Under the pieces are notes generated by a model. The model saw only the letters and a list, made by a program, of their open reading frames with translations, was not told the DNA's origin and ran no database searches. Positions 31,007-45,917 of a stretch of 64,000 bases of DNA are shown here, piece after piece. Within the stretch, counting starts at the first letter, position 1; the number at the start of each line of letters is the position of its first letter. Both the position numbers and the translations under genes were made by a program. The DNA is from Tubiluchus corallicola (taxonomy: Eukaryota > Animalia > Priapulida): contig JAQGDQ010000026.1 of assembly GCA_030141605.1 (NCBI GenBank), forward strand, positions 496,001 through 560,000, in the 5' to 3' direction.

Positions 31007-33523
31007 CATTATATGGTTTATAAACAAATTCTTAAAATACGCCTAAAAGGTTGCACAGGCTGTAAATTCCATGATAACAGTGCTGTTATATCCAAACTTA
31101 TTCAAGACCCAGATGCGTAATGCAGTTTCATGATAAAAAACTAAACTCAAAACACTCGTGATAATGTGCTTTTAACATAGGTATACTGAAAAAATATTTA
31201 CGCTTAATATGGTACAGTCTGGTTTCATGTCTAAACTGAGCACTTTGTTTATTTTTCTGTGAAAATACACTTGAACATAAGGGACCTAGACGTTCTTGCT
31301 GTGATTCATGCATGTCAGTAGCTATCTGCGTTTGTTGTTTGGTCTTGTCACTATCGGAATTACCCAAGGATCATCATAATTCAAGTACTCGGTTCCCACG
31401 CTGCTGGGGTATCCCCCAAGCTGTATAATGACTGCACCAGCTGCAAGCTTCAGCATCTGTTGTTTATACATCTGTAGACCAGAACCCCTCGTGTGCCTCA
31501 GGTGCAGACAGCTTTCTTAGGGGCCTAGATGCTAGTATACGGTTCATTCATCATCAACTAAAAAATAAAATTTCACCTGCGGCACAGAAAAGAATTCTAA
31601 GACATCAACCTTCTCTTCTTGCTTTTTATGGGAAAATACCAGTAAAATTAGAATATTATTTTATATGCGTCTCACAAACCATTTCTGGTAGGTTAAGCAG
31701 TAACATTTTACGCATGCTACAAAAAGTGGTTCATTTTGCAAATGCTACGGGATTAGACTCAGTATTTCGACAAGCTTTTTTTTAGCAGAAACAAGTTCAC
31801 AAAGCTAAATAAGTAGAAAAACGAAGGAATAAACGAATAGATGGGTAAACGAATGGCTTAACGGATAAATAGGTAAACAAAATAGTTAGCAAATATGTAC
31901 ATAAAAGTGCGAATGAACAAATGGTAGAATGAATGACAATGCAGACAAGTAAACGAACGATTAAACGAGCAAAAAACGAACAGGCAAATAAACACAGTTA
32001 TTCCTGATTAACAGCAAAAACAATATTACTTGATATTAATAATTTTAATAATATATTTTCAAGCATTATAATATATATATGGCACATACTAAGTTGTTAT
32101 AGTGTGGTGTTTTTATTTGCCTGTTATAATTTCTCCATCGGCATATTCCTGATCGTCCTAGATATTTGGAACATATGCGTTGCTAACGTGGCTATTAAGG
32201 GTATTACCCGATACGCACTAAACAGATATCAGGTCCCAATTAACTTGCATTTGGATGCCCATATTGGCTGAGAATCGTGGGAATTTCATCCTCATCACCT
32301 GCTCCTGTCGTCAGAATCATTAAAGGTTGCACAGGTAACGTGCGTGGGCGGCACTGAGGTGTGTAATTACGTGCTATCACCATAATTGGTCCTCATACCT
32401 AGAGACAGTTGATGTTTGTAATGTGCAGGAACGTGAATAAAAGTGAAGCCAAATTGTAAAACACAACGACTTCATTTTTAATGATGAATGATTTACTAAT
32501 AAAAAATCATAAGCAAAAATTGTGTCGTAAATACATTCAAAAGCAACGAAGAAATAAAAACTAGTTCGGAATGCAAAGCACTTGGTTATTCGCTTATTCA
32601 GTTTTTCTGCAGAACTGCCTGGATATGTGGTTTAGAACTCTATTCATTGTTGCCATCGTGAATATGTTATTTTGAACGCCATTTAGCGTCATCATAAATT
32701 CTTTTACTGTAACAAATTTGAATATGAAGTTATTCTATTGTGACATCACAATATAAAAACTTACTACACGAGCGACAACAACGAGAACGAGGCCGATTTC
32801 ACGGCGAAAAAAGTCCGTTTACAAGCTTAGGGAGTTAACTCAAAAATTCACAATGAAATAGATAGAAAATGCTGGAGATTTACGAACCAGCAACAAGAAA
32901 AACAATCAACGAAATCTTTAAAAAATCTACGTATTTGTAGATGGCCGTAAGTAGATGCAAGTTGCAACTCGCTAAGCGTTTTTTAACTTTATTTACAAAC
33001 GAGTGCCAGAAATAAAAAATGTCAATAAACAAATGTATATATATATATTTAGCATCTGCCTCGACATTCGCTGGCTATTATTAGTTCTCAATCTTTCTCT
33101 AACAAAACCCGCGTACTTGAGCCTCGAAATGACGGCGTAGTGCTGCTACCTGTATTGATAATACCAAACTCACCATATAGAAGTCACAGGTGTTCCTCCG
33201 CGCGATCAGATTCCCGAGGTTACCTTCCTTTTTACTTAGACAATCTGATGGTAATCTGATCTCCATTTCAAAAACGAATTGTTGTCAATCGGGTCAATTT
33301 GGGTGCTTATTATAGCATTCCTTTCATCGGGAAAAAGTGTAGAGTCCCGCGATCCGGGACAGGTGTAGGCTTTCAATTTATGAATGTTTTCTATCGGCGG
33401 CAGCGTAGGGGTGTTCGCGACTGCTCGAAGGCGGGGGCGTATAATTTAGATGCGCAGTGATTTCCGCTAATGCTGCTATTGCTGCAAGTGGACGCTGGTA
33501 ACAATGACGCGAAAAGATGAAGT

Positions 33524-34255
33524 TGTAGGGAGCCGAGTTGACCACTGAGCCAAGTAGACCACTTTCGGTAAAACCGATGCGCTAAAAGTAGTGTCCTACA
33601 TGGGCAGCCCAAGTAGGACACTAGCGATTTTTGTCGAGAATCGGTAATTTGGTCAAATTTTTGAAAATTCTGTGAAAGTTTCTTCATTTTATTAAAAATT
33701 GTGCTTGTTGGTTGGTAAAAAACTTGTTGGTAAAAAAGTAATTTTTAACATTTAAGAAAAGCAAGGATAATTAGTTTTAATATTATCAGTAGTATTGTAA
33801 CATGTAGGGCACTGTCCTACATGGCTCGCTAGCCCATGTAGGACACATAGATCGCTAGAACATTTACTTATAAGAAAACAATTATTTGCCCAAGAGGTAG
33901 TGAAACGGATCACCTGTTTGTGAAGTGTGAAAAAATCAAAAATGATATACCTTAAACAAATGTTGAATTCGCAAAAAAGTGGGGTTTTTTCACTTCAACA
34001 ACATTAATATCGAAACCAAATTTAATATTGTCCGTTCTACCAGCTCAGAATAAAATTCTTTTATTTTATTAGATGTATAATAAATTATTCAACGTGTACT
34101 AACGTTTTTAATTATTATTATTACATAAACAAAGACAACGGACGGTGTCAGTACACTTAACGACTCAATTCGCGACCCGTCTCTAGTGTCCTACTGGGGC
34201 AGCCCAAGTAGACCAATTGGTCTACTTGGCTCAGTGGTCCACTCGGCTCCCAACA
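33524..34255. mobile_element. 732-bp non-autonomous DNA transposon with TGT..ACA termini (Ginger-like)
   Basis: 38-bp TIRs matching 36/38 (33524-33561 vs 34218-34255); perfect 5-bp TSD GAAGT (33519-33523 and 34256-34260); no ORF. Confidence 0.85.
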
Positions 34256-35755
34256 GAAGTAATGAAGATTATCGTCGCTTATTGACCCCCCTCAGACTTA
34301 ATACTGCGACTGCCTAAACAATATTAAAAAAATAACAAAATTCCGGGCTTGCAGTAGTCATACGACTATCCGCATCGGGGTACTTTGACTCATCTCGCTT
34401 GAAAAGACGTAAATACGAGAAATGTAAAATTATGCAAAATTAACGCAACGATTTGAAGTATCACTTTGCTATTAATAATTAGGAAACATTTAACCTAATA
34501 GCAACACTGTCTTAAACGTAATTGAAGAAGTGGGCAAGTAAAATCTTCGCTTTGAACTAAATATTCGTAAATTTGTGCACTGAAATGTTTGTAAACCCCA
34601 GTATGCGAAAACTAAATCTGTAAAAATAAATACAATTAATTTTATCACCAGTTTTTAATGAAACGCAAATTTCCACTTTTGTCAACTTACTGAGTACCGT
34701 CATTTTCTTTGAGGTTGGCTGACACAATCATTACGCTTTCGACGTTTTTAGAAATTCTTGTTTTTATGACTTGCTAATCAAATATTTTGCTTGTGTGTAA
34801 GTTAGTAATGCGATTCACTGTTCAAAAACCAAATCTGTGGCCAAACCAGTTTTTCCGAAGTCTGTTTGATTTTAATATTAGTGCGAGAGTATTCTCGTCT
34901 ATTTGATTAAATTCTTGAGAACTAAGTCTCCATCTTTAATAATGCACGCATTATCCCTGAGCAGATTTATACAAAACACGCAGTTTGAACAAGACATTTT
35001 ATTAAAATTTCATGCAGATTGGCACCTTACATAAGCAGCAACAGCAACAGCAGCACCAACAACAGCAGCAAACTCTTACTTGTAAGTTGTAACATCATGT
35101 TTTTACAAAGCATTGCTACACACAATTTTCGGTGTGCGTACCTTTGATAACATGCTAAATTGTCTCGTACATGTGTTTGTAAAGGTGTATTTTTGGTGTC
35201 ATCAGTCTTTAGACTACATTCAAAGAAATTATAATCCAGACTTGGCCATACGTCTGTAATAATTTCACATAGGGCTTACGTGAAAAACAACATTTAACTT
35301 GTGAAGAGACAAGTTTAGTTAATCGTTACACAACCTTTTTGTTGATATGAGGAAACGCATCTTTAGTGTGTTTTGCAAGTCAAAATGCGCTGTTTTTGTC
35401 AATTTGATTTATTTCCTCTTTTTCAACCTAGTGTATGAAAGCAAGATTTGTGATAGTGCCACATATGCGTGTTTATTAATTAAATAGTACGTTGAATGAG
35501 ATTTATCGAATCCGATTACAAATTTTATGTTTTAACATTTGCAGACATTGCACAGGACACGCCGATCTCAATACAAGATATAAGCGTCAACGGCGAAAAC
35601 ATAACTGTCAGCACCACTTCCGTGAAGTTTGGAAATAGGCTGGGGCTAGCTCACTTTTTCCTATATCTGGAACAGATACAGTATTCACAAATGAATTTTC
35701 CTTGAAAGTTTATCAGTGAAGAGCGAGAATATCGTGAATTGCCTAATCCTACATT

Positions 35756-35876
35756 CAGGGCCGGATTATGACCTTTTGGGCCCTCTAGAGATGGGCCCCC
35801 ATTTAATACCAAATGTTACCAAACTTTGACGGGCCCTAGACTGCAACCTATACTAGCCTACAGAATAATAGCCCTG
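35756..35876. mobile_element. 121-bp hAT-like MITE
   Basis: Ends CAGGGC..GCCCTG; 8-bp TSD CCTACATT / CTTACATT (7/8). Confidence 0.8.
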
Positions 35877-38800
35877 CTTACATTTGATAAAATAAGCAGA
35901 ACATTTGTATGAATGGAACAAGGTACGCAAATCACGTGACTATTAATACTGACGAGAGAGCCATTGGAGTGTCGATTTCGTCATCACTAGCTTTAGCTGC
36001 AAACATCGATGATGCAACGTGTTAAACATGCACCTGGGGGCAAACACTACTGATTCTAAACCAGACATGCCTGACTGCCAACATCCGTGTTGTTTCACTA
36101 GATTTCCAAGTATTTAAATATTTGGTGACTGATGCAATAAATGTTATTTCACTAGAGCTTGCCTTGATTGGTAATACTTGTCAAAACAAGTATGATGTAG
36201 CACCGAAACGTGCTTGATTTCGTGGAATTCAGTTGCTTACTGAGAAATGATATTATTACTGTAACTACTAGTCAATTTAGAGACAATTGCGGGTATTTAT
36301 ATACCGTTATAATCATAAAAGGGATTTATATACATTAAAGTTTTCATATAAAGCAATAATTCGAGTATTAAAAAGTCCAAAAATAGTTTTTCAAAAACTT
36401 CATAAATATGCCTTTAAGTATTTTTATTAAAGGTTGATCACCTAATGTAATGTATTTATAGGCCTACTATAACAGTACATGTACATTTTCTGACTCGTCT
36501 ATGAAAGTGTGCATTTATTATTGGGATAAAATATTTATTCATCACGAATTTCAGCAAGAAAAATTTTTTTAATTATTTTTCTTAATTATCGTCTCTACAA
36601 ACCGAAGTTCGTACTCTTAGAGAAGAGCTGGCTTTTTGTGTTTTATGAAAATATTATTAGTTCCTGACTCCTAACGGTCTACAGGAACGAGCTGTCACAG
36701 GTTCTCAGTATAACCGACCTGGTGGGTTATTAATTTTTGTTAATCGTAAAGTTCAGCAGTCAAATAATGCAAATTTGTGGTTGGAGCTTTATAAAGGTAG
36801 AACTTTTATGTAAAAAAAACATTTATATCAAATCATGCCCCAAAATGACTCTATCACAGCGGTATTCCTATTTTCTTAATAATACATTACTTTAGTTATT
36901 ATTGATATTGGTATTGATCATCTTTAGGTTATCTATACCTTAACTTCGAGAATCTAAAGACATTTAAAAATAAGAACTTTTTAAATATAGCACTAGGGCT
37001 CGTGCGTGACATATTTGGTGTCCATAAATATTCACTTATCAATTAAATGGGATGAGGGGATCACATATACAACGCGCAATTATTTGCGTCTCGACACAGA
37101 CATGTTCAATGTCTCGTGATTAGACGTAACTTATTGCGAGTTGTTACATGAAGCCCCGCAAATTCGTTATCGATTCAACGGGAACGCATTCTCAGCAGCC
37201 AAGATCGTGGATACAAAACTACCAATGACAACAATGCGCGAACACACAACTTAATCCATACCAAACGCCTACAACAGAAAATGTGCCATCTTTACAATTT
37301 CACTACATTCACTTGAGCTGGCAACAATTTGAATGCCGATAAACATCTCAAATGCATAACGCAAATGCGCATTTAGGGTATTATTCACGTATCTTGGGTC
37401 TATTGCTTGCCCTTCCCCTTATTTTATCAGATACTGAAACGATACCCGTGGGCGTTGAAAGACCACGCAAACATTTTACGAGAAATTTCTTGGTCATTTA
37501 TCATAACGTCTTTCTAAAGCATCGGCGTAGTACATAGAATTTTAATAAGCTGGACTTATTTCACGTCGTTGTCACTTTAACTTTTGCCGTTTAGTCATAA
37601 AGACGAGAATGGGACAACCCAGAATTATTGTGGAAATGGTGTGACATGTGACAGATGACTTATGGAATCATGTGACCTGGACGGGTAACACGCTGTTGCT
37701 AGCATAGTAATTTTTCGTAACAGAATAAAGTTTTCAAAATGTGTTACTGACATCATACGACGATGGGTACGCATGGCGACACATCGACAGTCTAGTCAGA
37801 CTGAATATCGACCAGTGTTTGGCCGACCGACGAACATGCTGGCTCACTGACTGACCAACTAATTAGTTGACTATTTGATTCAAAGTGTGCAGGCCATAAG
37901 TGTCTAAGAAAGTTGTCGTTGCTGGCTGGCCCACAAGAAATGACGACGATGGATACTAAATCATACCGTAATGTCAATAAAAAATTGATAATTACAGTGG
38001 TCTTGATGATGATAAAAACGGAAGAGGTTTGAGTTAAAGGAAAGAAGGAAGAAGGCTAAATAAGACGAACGATGAAAACACCAAACCTATGATATCACGA
38101 CTGGACAGTGATGAAAACTTTTGCTTGGAAGAGAAAAACGAAGAAAATTTGTTTTATTTTACGAGAGACAGGGTGATTTCAGACTGGGTCCTTGTGTACA
38201 TTAGAGGGCTCCAATCCGCTGTTTGCTTTACGCATTTCCTATTCGTGGATGCCCATGGTTGCACAAATACAAAAACTGTTTTAGAATTTCTTCCTGCTCC
38301 AATGGCGAAGTTTAATGCTAGGTCTACACTTTACAGACCCACTTTTACTTTCCTGCAATTTTCGCACCATTCAGAGTTTTTCCACGTATCCGGGCGCTGC
38401 ATTTTAAAGCACCTTGTACACAACAGCAAGCTCTGTAGTGTGAATGCTGAAGCGTTTACTAATATGCGCCAGAATAATAAGTGCACTTTGGAGTGGAATT
38501 ACTCAGCTGGTTAATTGTTGAAAATCGCCTAACGAAAACACTTTCCCGCTGGTTTTCAAGGAACGCAGAAAAATTGGAAAAAATTGAAAAAATGGGTGAA
38601 CAATAGTAGTCAGGCATTTATAAGGGAGGCAAGTGTCACAATATGTATAAGGCATATGCGTAAAATTTTACTTCATGAAGTTTTTTAAATGTTATTCCAA
38701 AATTATATTGGCACGTAACACTTCGAATGTTTAAGCCATGTACTTGAGATTATATGAGAGAAAGATTACATAAGCTCGTAAGGTGATGCACGTGACAATC

Positions 38801-39919
38801 CCGCAAAAATCTATAAGAAGCTAAGAAGGTTGCGTCACCGTTATTACTGTTACATAATTAATGGAATAGATTATAAAATTTCTGTCTGATATTAATAGCA
38901 ATTTAGCAATAAAGCAAGATACCAATGCTGTCGTTCAGAAATCTACAAATTGCATTTTACATTTGAGAAGTTCATGTAACACACATGTTGTAAAATCAAA
39001 AGTAAATGACAGCAAGCAGTAGAATGATATAAAACATGCGCACAATTTTATAGGACGAATTAAAATTCATATATAGCCAGTGTGTTTTAATTTATCACTC
39101 TCATTTAGCAATACTGAAATTAAAAATGACCTTTAGCACAACTTACAACAAAATTAAGTCTTAGTACAGATAACTCCCCTCAAGTTCGTATTAGCTAGAC
39201 TTTATTTAACTGTGCTAAATCGCTGTCAATATAACAACAGGTTTTATTTCACAATGGGCACAGGTCCAACCGTTAATTTACTATCTATCTAACATTAGTG
39301 TTCTTAATGACTTCACTGCACCCATAGAATTCATATCTCGCACAATACTGATATCCTTCCTGATTCTGCGGGTGCAAGTGGGACATGTACAAGATGCATG
39401 CTATATTGTTGACTTATTCTGCTAACGTATGTTGGGGGGCACCAGCGGCCCATATGGTGACCATAGCAACACAATCTTCGGTGGCTGTCAACTAAGCAAA
39501 AAGCCGAGGCACAGCGGGGTTAGAATTGTTGTGAAAGATGAAACTGAGCTTGTAGTATGATACGAGGCCGTTGAAGATCGTCCGTGTTTGGGGAAAAGCT
39601 GGGTTGGCATCTTCCCATGACCTGGAGTCAGACACGTGATGATGTGTGGATGGCATGGGTTTCCAGCGTGCGCGCACCCGCCAAAAGTGTGCCTTCGTTG
39701 AAGTTCATTCCAAGACATACCTAACAGTATAGTTCTGAGAAAGGCATATCAGAGTTAAATAAATGGCTATTTTGAATTTTTTATGTATTTGTAGGTTCAA
39801 CGCTTATTTTCACTTGAAGGCTGTAGACTCAGCCTTAACCGAAACATACACGAGTGCAGAATGTTGATATAAAATTCAATGAACGAACGAATTAATAATG
39901 AATGAATGAAATAAAATTG

Positions 39920-40310
39920 GTAAAGGAAGAAGAAAGAAGTGGATGAAAATACAGACACACACAACAAAAAAAAGAAAAGTTGAATTACAGAAAAACAGAA
40001 AGAGACAAAAAAGAAAAACTAAGTAATAAAAGGAGTAAAAAGATGGAAAAAAGAAAAAAGAAAGAAGGAAAGAAAGAAAGGAAAAGGGAAGAAATAAGGA
40101 AAAGGGAAAAAGAAAGAAAGAAGAAAAGGAGAAAGGAAAGCAAGAATGAAAGAAAAAAAGAAAGAAGGGAAGAAAAGGAAAGGAAAGAAGAAAAGAAAAT
40201 AGAAAGAAGAAAAGAAAGAAAGACGAAAAAAGATGAAAACAAAGAAAGAAAGAAGGAACAAGAAAGGAAAGCAACCCAAGCAAAAAAGAACGTAAGACAG
40301 AAGGAAAGAA
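39920..40310. repeat. (GAAA)-type polypurine tract
   Basis: ~390 bp of nearly pure A/G; source of spurious K/E/R-rich and F/S/L-rich ORFs. Confidence 0.9.
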
Positions 40311-40521
40311 ATGTTTTGTGTTTGTTTGCCGACATTTTCTTCCCAAAAACCAAGGTTCTCCTTTTGCAATCCAGTTCTCAGCCATAACTAAGTAAACTTG
40401 CAAAGCCGGACCAGCCGTCTTTTTCTTCTAACACTTTGTTGTTATTAAGAGGTTTAACAGTAAACTTTGACATATCATCACTGTTTGTCCTGCTGTAATT
40501 TCAGTGCCTGGATGGTGCTTA

Positions 40522-40547
40522 ATTGGCTGTTCCACGCGCTGACGTCA
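40522..40547. promoter_or_regulatory. Reverse CCAAT box plus palindromic CRE
   Basis: ATTGG at 40522-40526 and TGACGTCA at 40540-40547 in a locally CpG-rich patch; no linked gene seen. Confidence 0.3.
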
Positions 40548-43500
40548 CGCACAGCCAGGGCTGTGTTTTGATTTGAGAAGTAATAACAGTAGTTTGAATA
40601 ATTTCTCCGAAAGGCGGACGCGGGTTTTGCTATTTTGGCGTGTTTAGTTTACTCGGTGAATGATGAAGTTGAATCTACACATTAAATCATAACACCACAC
40701 AAGAATTAGTATCATAATAATGACGTAGTTATATCAAACACAGTAGTGACTATGACGGAAACTCTGCGCGGTAAATTAGTTTACTAGTGTAGGCCTATTT
40801 TCTGAATCGATTATCGTGCCAATTTAAACTTAATTATGTGTGGAAGATTATATTACCAGCCCCTGTATATTTTTAATCCAAAAAGGAAACTATTACTTCC
40901 TAGTCATATTTTATAGTCCTATTAGTATCCATAAACGCTATGTTCTAGTACAAAATCCTTGACCGCGCATTCAAATCCTAGAATTTAATTTCGAAAGAAG
41001 TGAAAACTATTAACTAACCACAACCAGGGAAGGTTGCATGCCCTTGCGACCGGTAAAAGAAAGGCGGTGACAACTTGGCGTCTGCCCAAATGTAATAAAC
41101 TCTTTTAGGAGTTTTGACTTCACAGTTCCTGGATGAAGGCAAATGATCACTGGTGGGAAATCAGTTTTCCCGTAGAGCAAGTTTATTGGAATCAGAAATA
41201 TGTTCACCAATTACAGGTAAAAATAATGACTTAAGTGTGAATGACAGTGTTTATTTAAGAAAACTTAAACTCTAGCAACAATTGTTTGCACAGAATTATG
41301 CATGACTAGAGCCCACCATATCAGCTTTATATACCAGGTGTTGTTAACTCTTTCATTTACTGAATCACGTGTGAGTACTTGTACTGTAAGCGCAACCAAG
41401 TATGGCCTGTCACGTCTTCAGAGTTTCTTATATTATTACAGGCCTAATTGGTACTTGTTTTTGCGTTTTATTTGTCATTTTATGTAGTAATTACAGCAGA
41501 GCTTATAATCTGATAACTATTTACGCAGTTTAGTGATAGCACAATTGAAAATCGGAGTCCAACATACACTGCTAAGGCTTATTTAAAGCTGATGATCGTA
41601 GCGGGACCGAAATTTGGCTCATTGTCTTAGTTAGTTCTCTACGAGATCGGTCTAGCTATGTTCGAATGTTAATGCAACCCTTAAAAGGAGAAATGGCTAG
41701 ACGTAATATGGCGAATGAAACTTACAGAGTGAGTATTGTCACCTATACATTCGCCAAATTGCCTCGGTGTTATTTAACCTCAGTCATTAACACACACCGT
41801 GACCAGTGGGTTGTTCACCACACTCACTAATACATAAAAGAAAGCTATAACATTCCCTCGACATAGACTACCAGAACAACATTGAATTTCAGAAGCAGTC
41901 CTATGCAAAAAAAGCATTGAAGGCCAAAGAGTGTCGAGAAAAAATCAAATGATGAGGCATTACACTCTATGTCGAAGGAACGAAAACCTATATTGAAAGA
42001 ACAGCACAAAAACAATTTCTCACTACAAAAACAAATGTAGCTCGATTTAGTAGTGTGTCTAAATTAATAATATCTATGTGTGTGTGTATCTATTAAACTT
42101 AAAATTTTCTCCTTAGGAAGCTGATGTAGGTACATAAGCTATATGGGCACGTACTCGTACGTAAGTATGTGGATACTAATGGTATCATGGTCACCTTCAA
42201 AATAATATCTCAAAGAACCTGGCCTCTAAACGGTTGAGCGGTAATTTGTTTAAAAAGCGAAACCACCTGCAATCAATATAACACATAAAACCAGCAAAAG
42301 GACTATAATGTTTTCTGAGAACACCAAACATATTTGGTGTATTTACATGTTAGATTGATTGGCTTTCAGAGTCAAGCTCTACTTCTTTACGCACACTTTA
42401 CCTTTAATTTAGGTTTTTGACAAACTGAGTGAAATTGTTACACATTTTAGTGTTGTTTTTTTCTTAAATACCGTCTCACAAAATGGTGCCAAAATGTGAA
42501 CGCCGGAAAATTCATTCGTACATTTTTATCGAAAAATAAGGGTTAATGATTATGTTTATTTATTGCAATTGCAAAAGCTGTGCAATAAAGATGAGATAAT
42601 TTTTACAAAACGGTTTTAAGTAAATTAATACTAAATATTGCTACCGAAACAATAATAAAGTGTACCGGTTTTAATTGCTAGGTTGGCTACTGTATAGCTG
42701 ATGCAAAGAAATTATTTTTGTAACTTTTAAATTTAAGTTAAATGAATGCCCATAACAATTAACAGTATTCATTGATGCACTGTTAATCATACAAATATCT
42801 TCAGATTTGTGGTTAGGATATATAGGATTTTTAGAGTACAGCTACAAATTTCTGTCTTGAAACAAAAATAAATAAACAAAACTCTTCCACACTTATAACA
42901 ATTATTTTTCAATTCGTGAAAACATTTCGGTCTTGCTTAAAGGCGTACGTACGCCCACCTGCAAAAGTTTTGTTAATGCATTCTACGACGGCACATCGTT
43001 TACGCAGAAGAAAGGAGATTCCAGAAGAGGGCGCATCGGCTTCGAGAAGCCAAACATGTGGCTATGGCCTTTGTTTCAAGTCCTAATCTAAATATGATTG
43101 CTCCTTTCAAGCACACGGAGGGAAAGTGGCCCTTTTCAACAAAAAAATGCTTTCTTATCTTTGCAAAAACCTGCAGAGCTTTGCAGTTGACATATGCAAA
43201 GGTATTTCTGGAGGCAATACACGTAGGTTGTTCGCTCATTACTCACACAGGACCAGCAAGACTAGATGCGTGTCATTCATTTATTACGCATTTTAGCGCG
43301 CGGTCCATTTTCAGCAAGAGAGAACCGGATTGTGGCGGCTTGCGGGCAAATGAGAACGAGACTGAAAGTGAAATGGAAATTTTTTTCTTCGAAAGACACT
43401 GATTAATCTTTAGTTGTTGCATTTCACCACAGGGCGGCTCTTCGATCAATGGACCAATACACCGAGAAGAAAATCGAAAAAAGTCATACATACATATACA

Positions 43501-44887
43501 TATATGCCAATACATACTTTAAACTAAAGCCAATTTGCAAGCAGAAAATACCAAACTACTTCTTCACCACAGTTTTCTTGTGGAGTTCTAAAGTTCCTAT
43601 TACATCATTCCAATGTGTTTTAAAGTAACAATAATAGTAAAAACCCGTCGCCCCTTTTCTTTACCCCTCCCCCCACTACCACTAATTCTCCTCGCTCTGT
43701 GCACCCATCTGTTGCTCCTTAAGATGCTTCTGCGTGACAGAAAATGTTGATTCAGAGTTGGCGTTTTGTCCATTGGTGAATAGCAATGGTTCGCATGAAT
43801 GCACGTCTATAAGTGCATAGATATTACTGATAAAACACACGCAGGTCCTATCATTTTTATCCTTGAGCTGTCCATTACGACCGTGTCAGAATTACCGGCA
43901 TTTAGAAACTGTGTATAAAGTGCCCATTCATTCTTATCTGTGAGAGAAGAAAGTTATGATTCTAAATACAAAAAAGATTATTACTGGTCATTATAACCAA
44001 CATAAGGTCAAACATCTGAAATTGGACCCGGCTACTCTAACGGTCGGTTGTCCGTTAAAGAACTAAGCGAACTAATAAATTTGCTTTTTACAAAACACAA
44101 ATAAACGCCTAAATTTACTCTGAGGAATGGTAACTTTTACATTCAGTTACAAAATGCTAATCAACTTCGAATTTACAATCATTACAGTATTGCAAGGGCC
44201 TGTAATGTCGCCCCTTTTCCATATTACAGGCAGAGAATATACGAACTGCCGGACACTATTGTGTGAAATTTTATCGTTATGGTAAATAGTTTTCTGGACT
44301 AAAGTATTATGTTGTTAATTTAATGAGTTGGGAAATGAGAGTGGCCCACACGAGTGGGCAAAAATGGACGTGACGCCAACTATGAAAAAGTTAAACAAGA
44401 TGGGATTTAACACGCTGTCTAACGCCAATGTTATTGGGAAAGATTCAGATAAACTGCCAAACGAACTCTTTAACTGTGTGTCAGTGGAGGGGTAACCCGC
44501 TGAAAGACCCCATTTTTGTCTTATCAAAGTCTCTACTTTTTTATTAGTTTTGTTAACAGTCTAGCAGCTAGACTCTAGCTAATGTGATGTATTTGAAGAA
44601 GAATACACGTGCACAAACGATCTAAAGATTTCGTTTTCAGACTCTGTCATTTTCGACGACATCGTTTGGCCCAAGGGTGGGAGGCACTAATGTGATTTCT
44701 TTTGGACTATTTATCATAATTAGTTCTCTCCGCTCGTTGAAATACAACGATTATTTACATTTTGGGAACTTTGTCTGCGATATAAGTGTCGGACGAATGC
44801 AAAGATCATGATGAAAATGCCTTTTTATCAGTTGCCTTAGTTCTCTAGTAACACGAAACTGATTAACCAATATGGTAAACGGTTTCA

Positions 44888-44968
44888 TGTTGTTGTTGTT
44901 GTTGTTGCTGCTGCTGCTGTTGTTGTTGTTGTTGTTGTTGTTATTGTTGTTGCTGCTGCTGTTGTTGT
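44888..44968. repeat. (GTT)/(GCT) microsatellite
   Basis: Visible in the sequence. Confidence 0.9.
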
Positions 44969-45774
44969 CTGTTTAAATGAGTTTTGCAAATTGGAATTAT
45001 TCATTTAAGTTCATTCCGTTTTATTTATCCTGGTTAAATATTTTTTATTTGGTCGCACAAGTGGCACGATAATTAGGCACTTGATGAATTAATATCCGTC
45101 ATGCTCCCACACCTAATGTGATCATTACCGTGTTTTAGTACTCTGAGTCAGCAGGGCTATTTGTGGTATAGTTACCCATCACATGGTTTTCATGTATTGT
45201 GCGGATAATTATCATTATACGTCAAGGTAAGAAATTCAATCATGTCCACCCACAGTACTTCACCTCCGCCACACAGCTGGTCAAAAACATTCGCATTCAC
45301 CTTGACTGCAGCCATTTTGAAAATTGACGTTTATGTACAGATTTAATAAAATTAGCATACCCTTGAACAACCGAGTGCTATGTTATGAATCTTTTCTTTA
45401 TCAAACCTTAACTCTCCAAATTAGTTTTTGTGTGGCGTGGTTCAACGCAGTGCATGATTACGCTTCCCCACTTTCTCACGACTCCAGTAATAAAACTGAT
45501 TTGGTGCAATGAAACAAGCGTTTTCTTCACGCAATTTATTTGTTTTAGGGATTGTCTGATAAGAACTACTGATTGTCTAGAGTTGCTACCTAGAGGTTTA
45601 CACTAGAGCTTAATATCCAACAACATATTTTAGTTAAAAAACATATCACTAATATTTCTGCACTCAGATCTGTAAATGTAATCTAAAAAAATGTCTACGG
45701 GCGTTAATTTTTAACAATTTCTTTCTTTCTTTTAGCCTCATTCAACTTCAAACCTCAACTTAGAATCTTGAAAT

Positions 45775-45873
45775 AGCAACAGCAAAAGCAGCAGCAAGAA
45801 TAGCAACAGCCGCCGCAAAGGTAGCACCGCTGCTGCTGCCACCACCGCCGCCACCGCCACCGCCACCATCACC

Positions 45874-45917
<44 letters not shown>

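Noticed and set aside
35496-35705. ISVNGENITVSTTSVKFGNRLG, resembling a LINE reverse-transcriptase C-terminal motif or an exon
   Set aside because: Similarity too short and vague; no flanking RT motifs.
39876-40403. Overlapping 116-175 aa K/E/R-rich and F/S/L-rich ORFs
   Set aside because: Artefacts of a polypurine tract.
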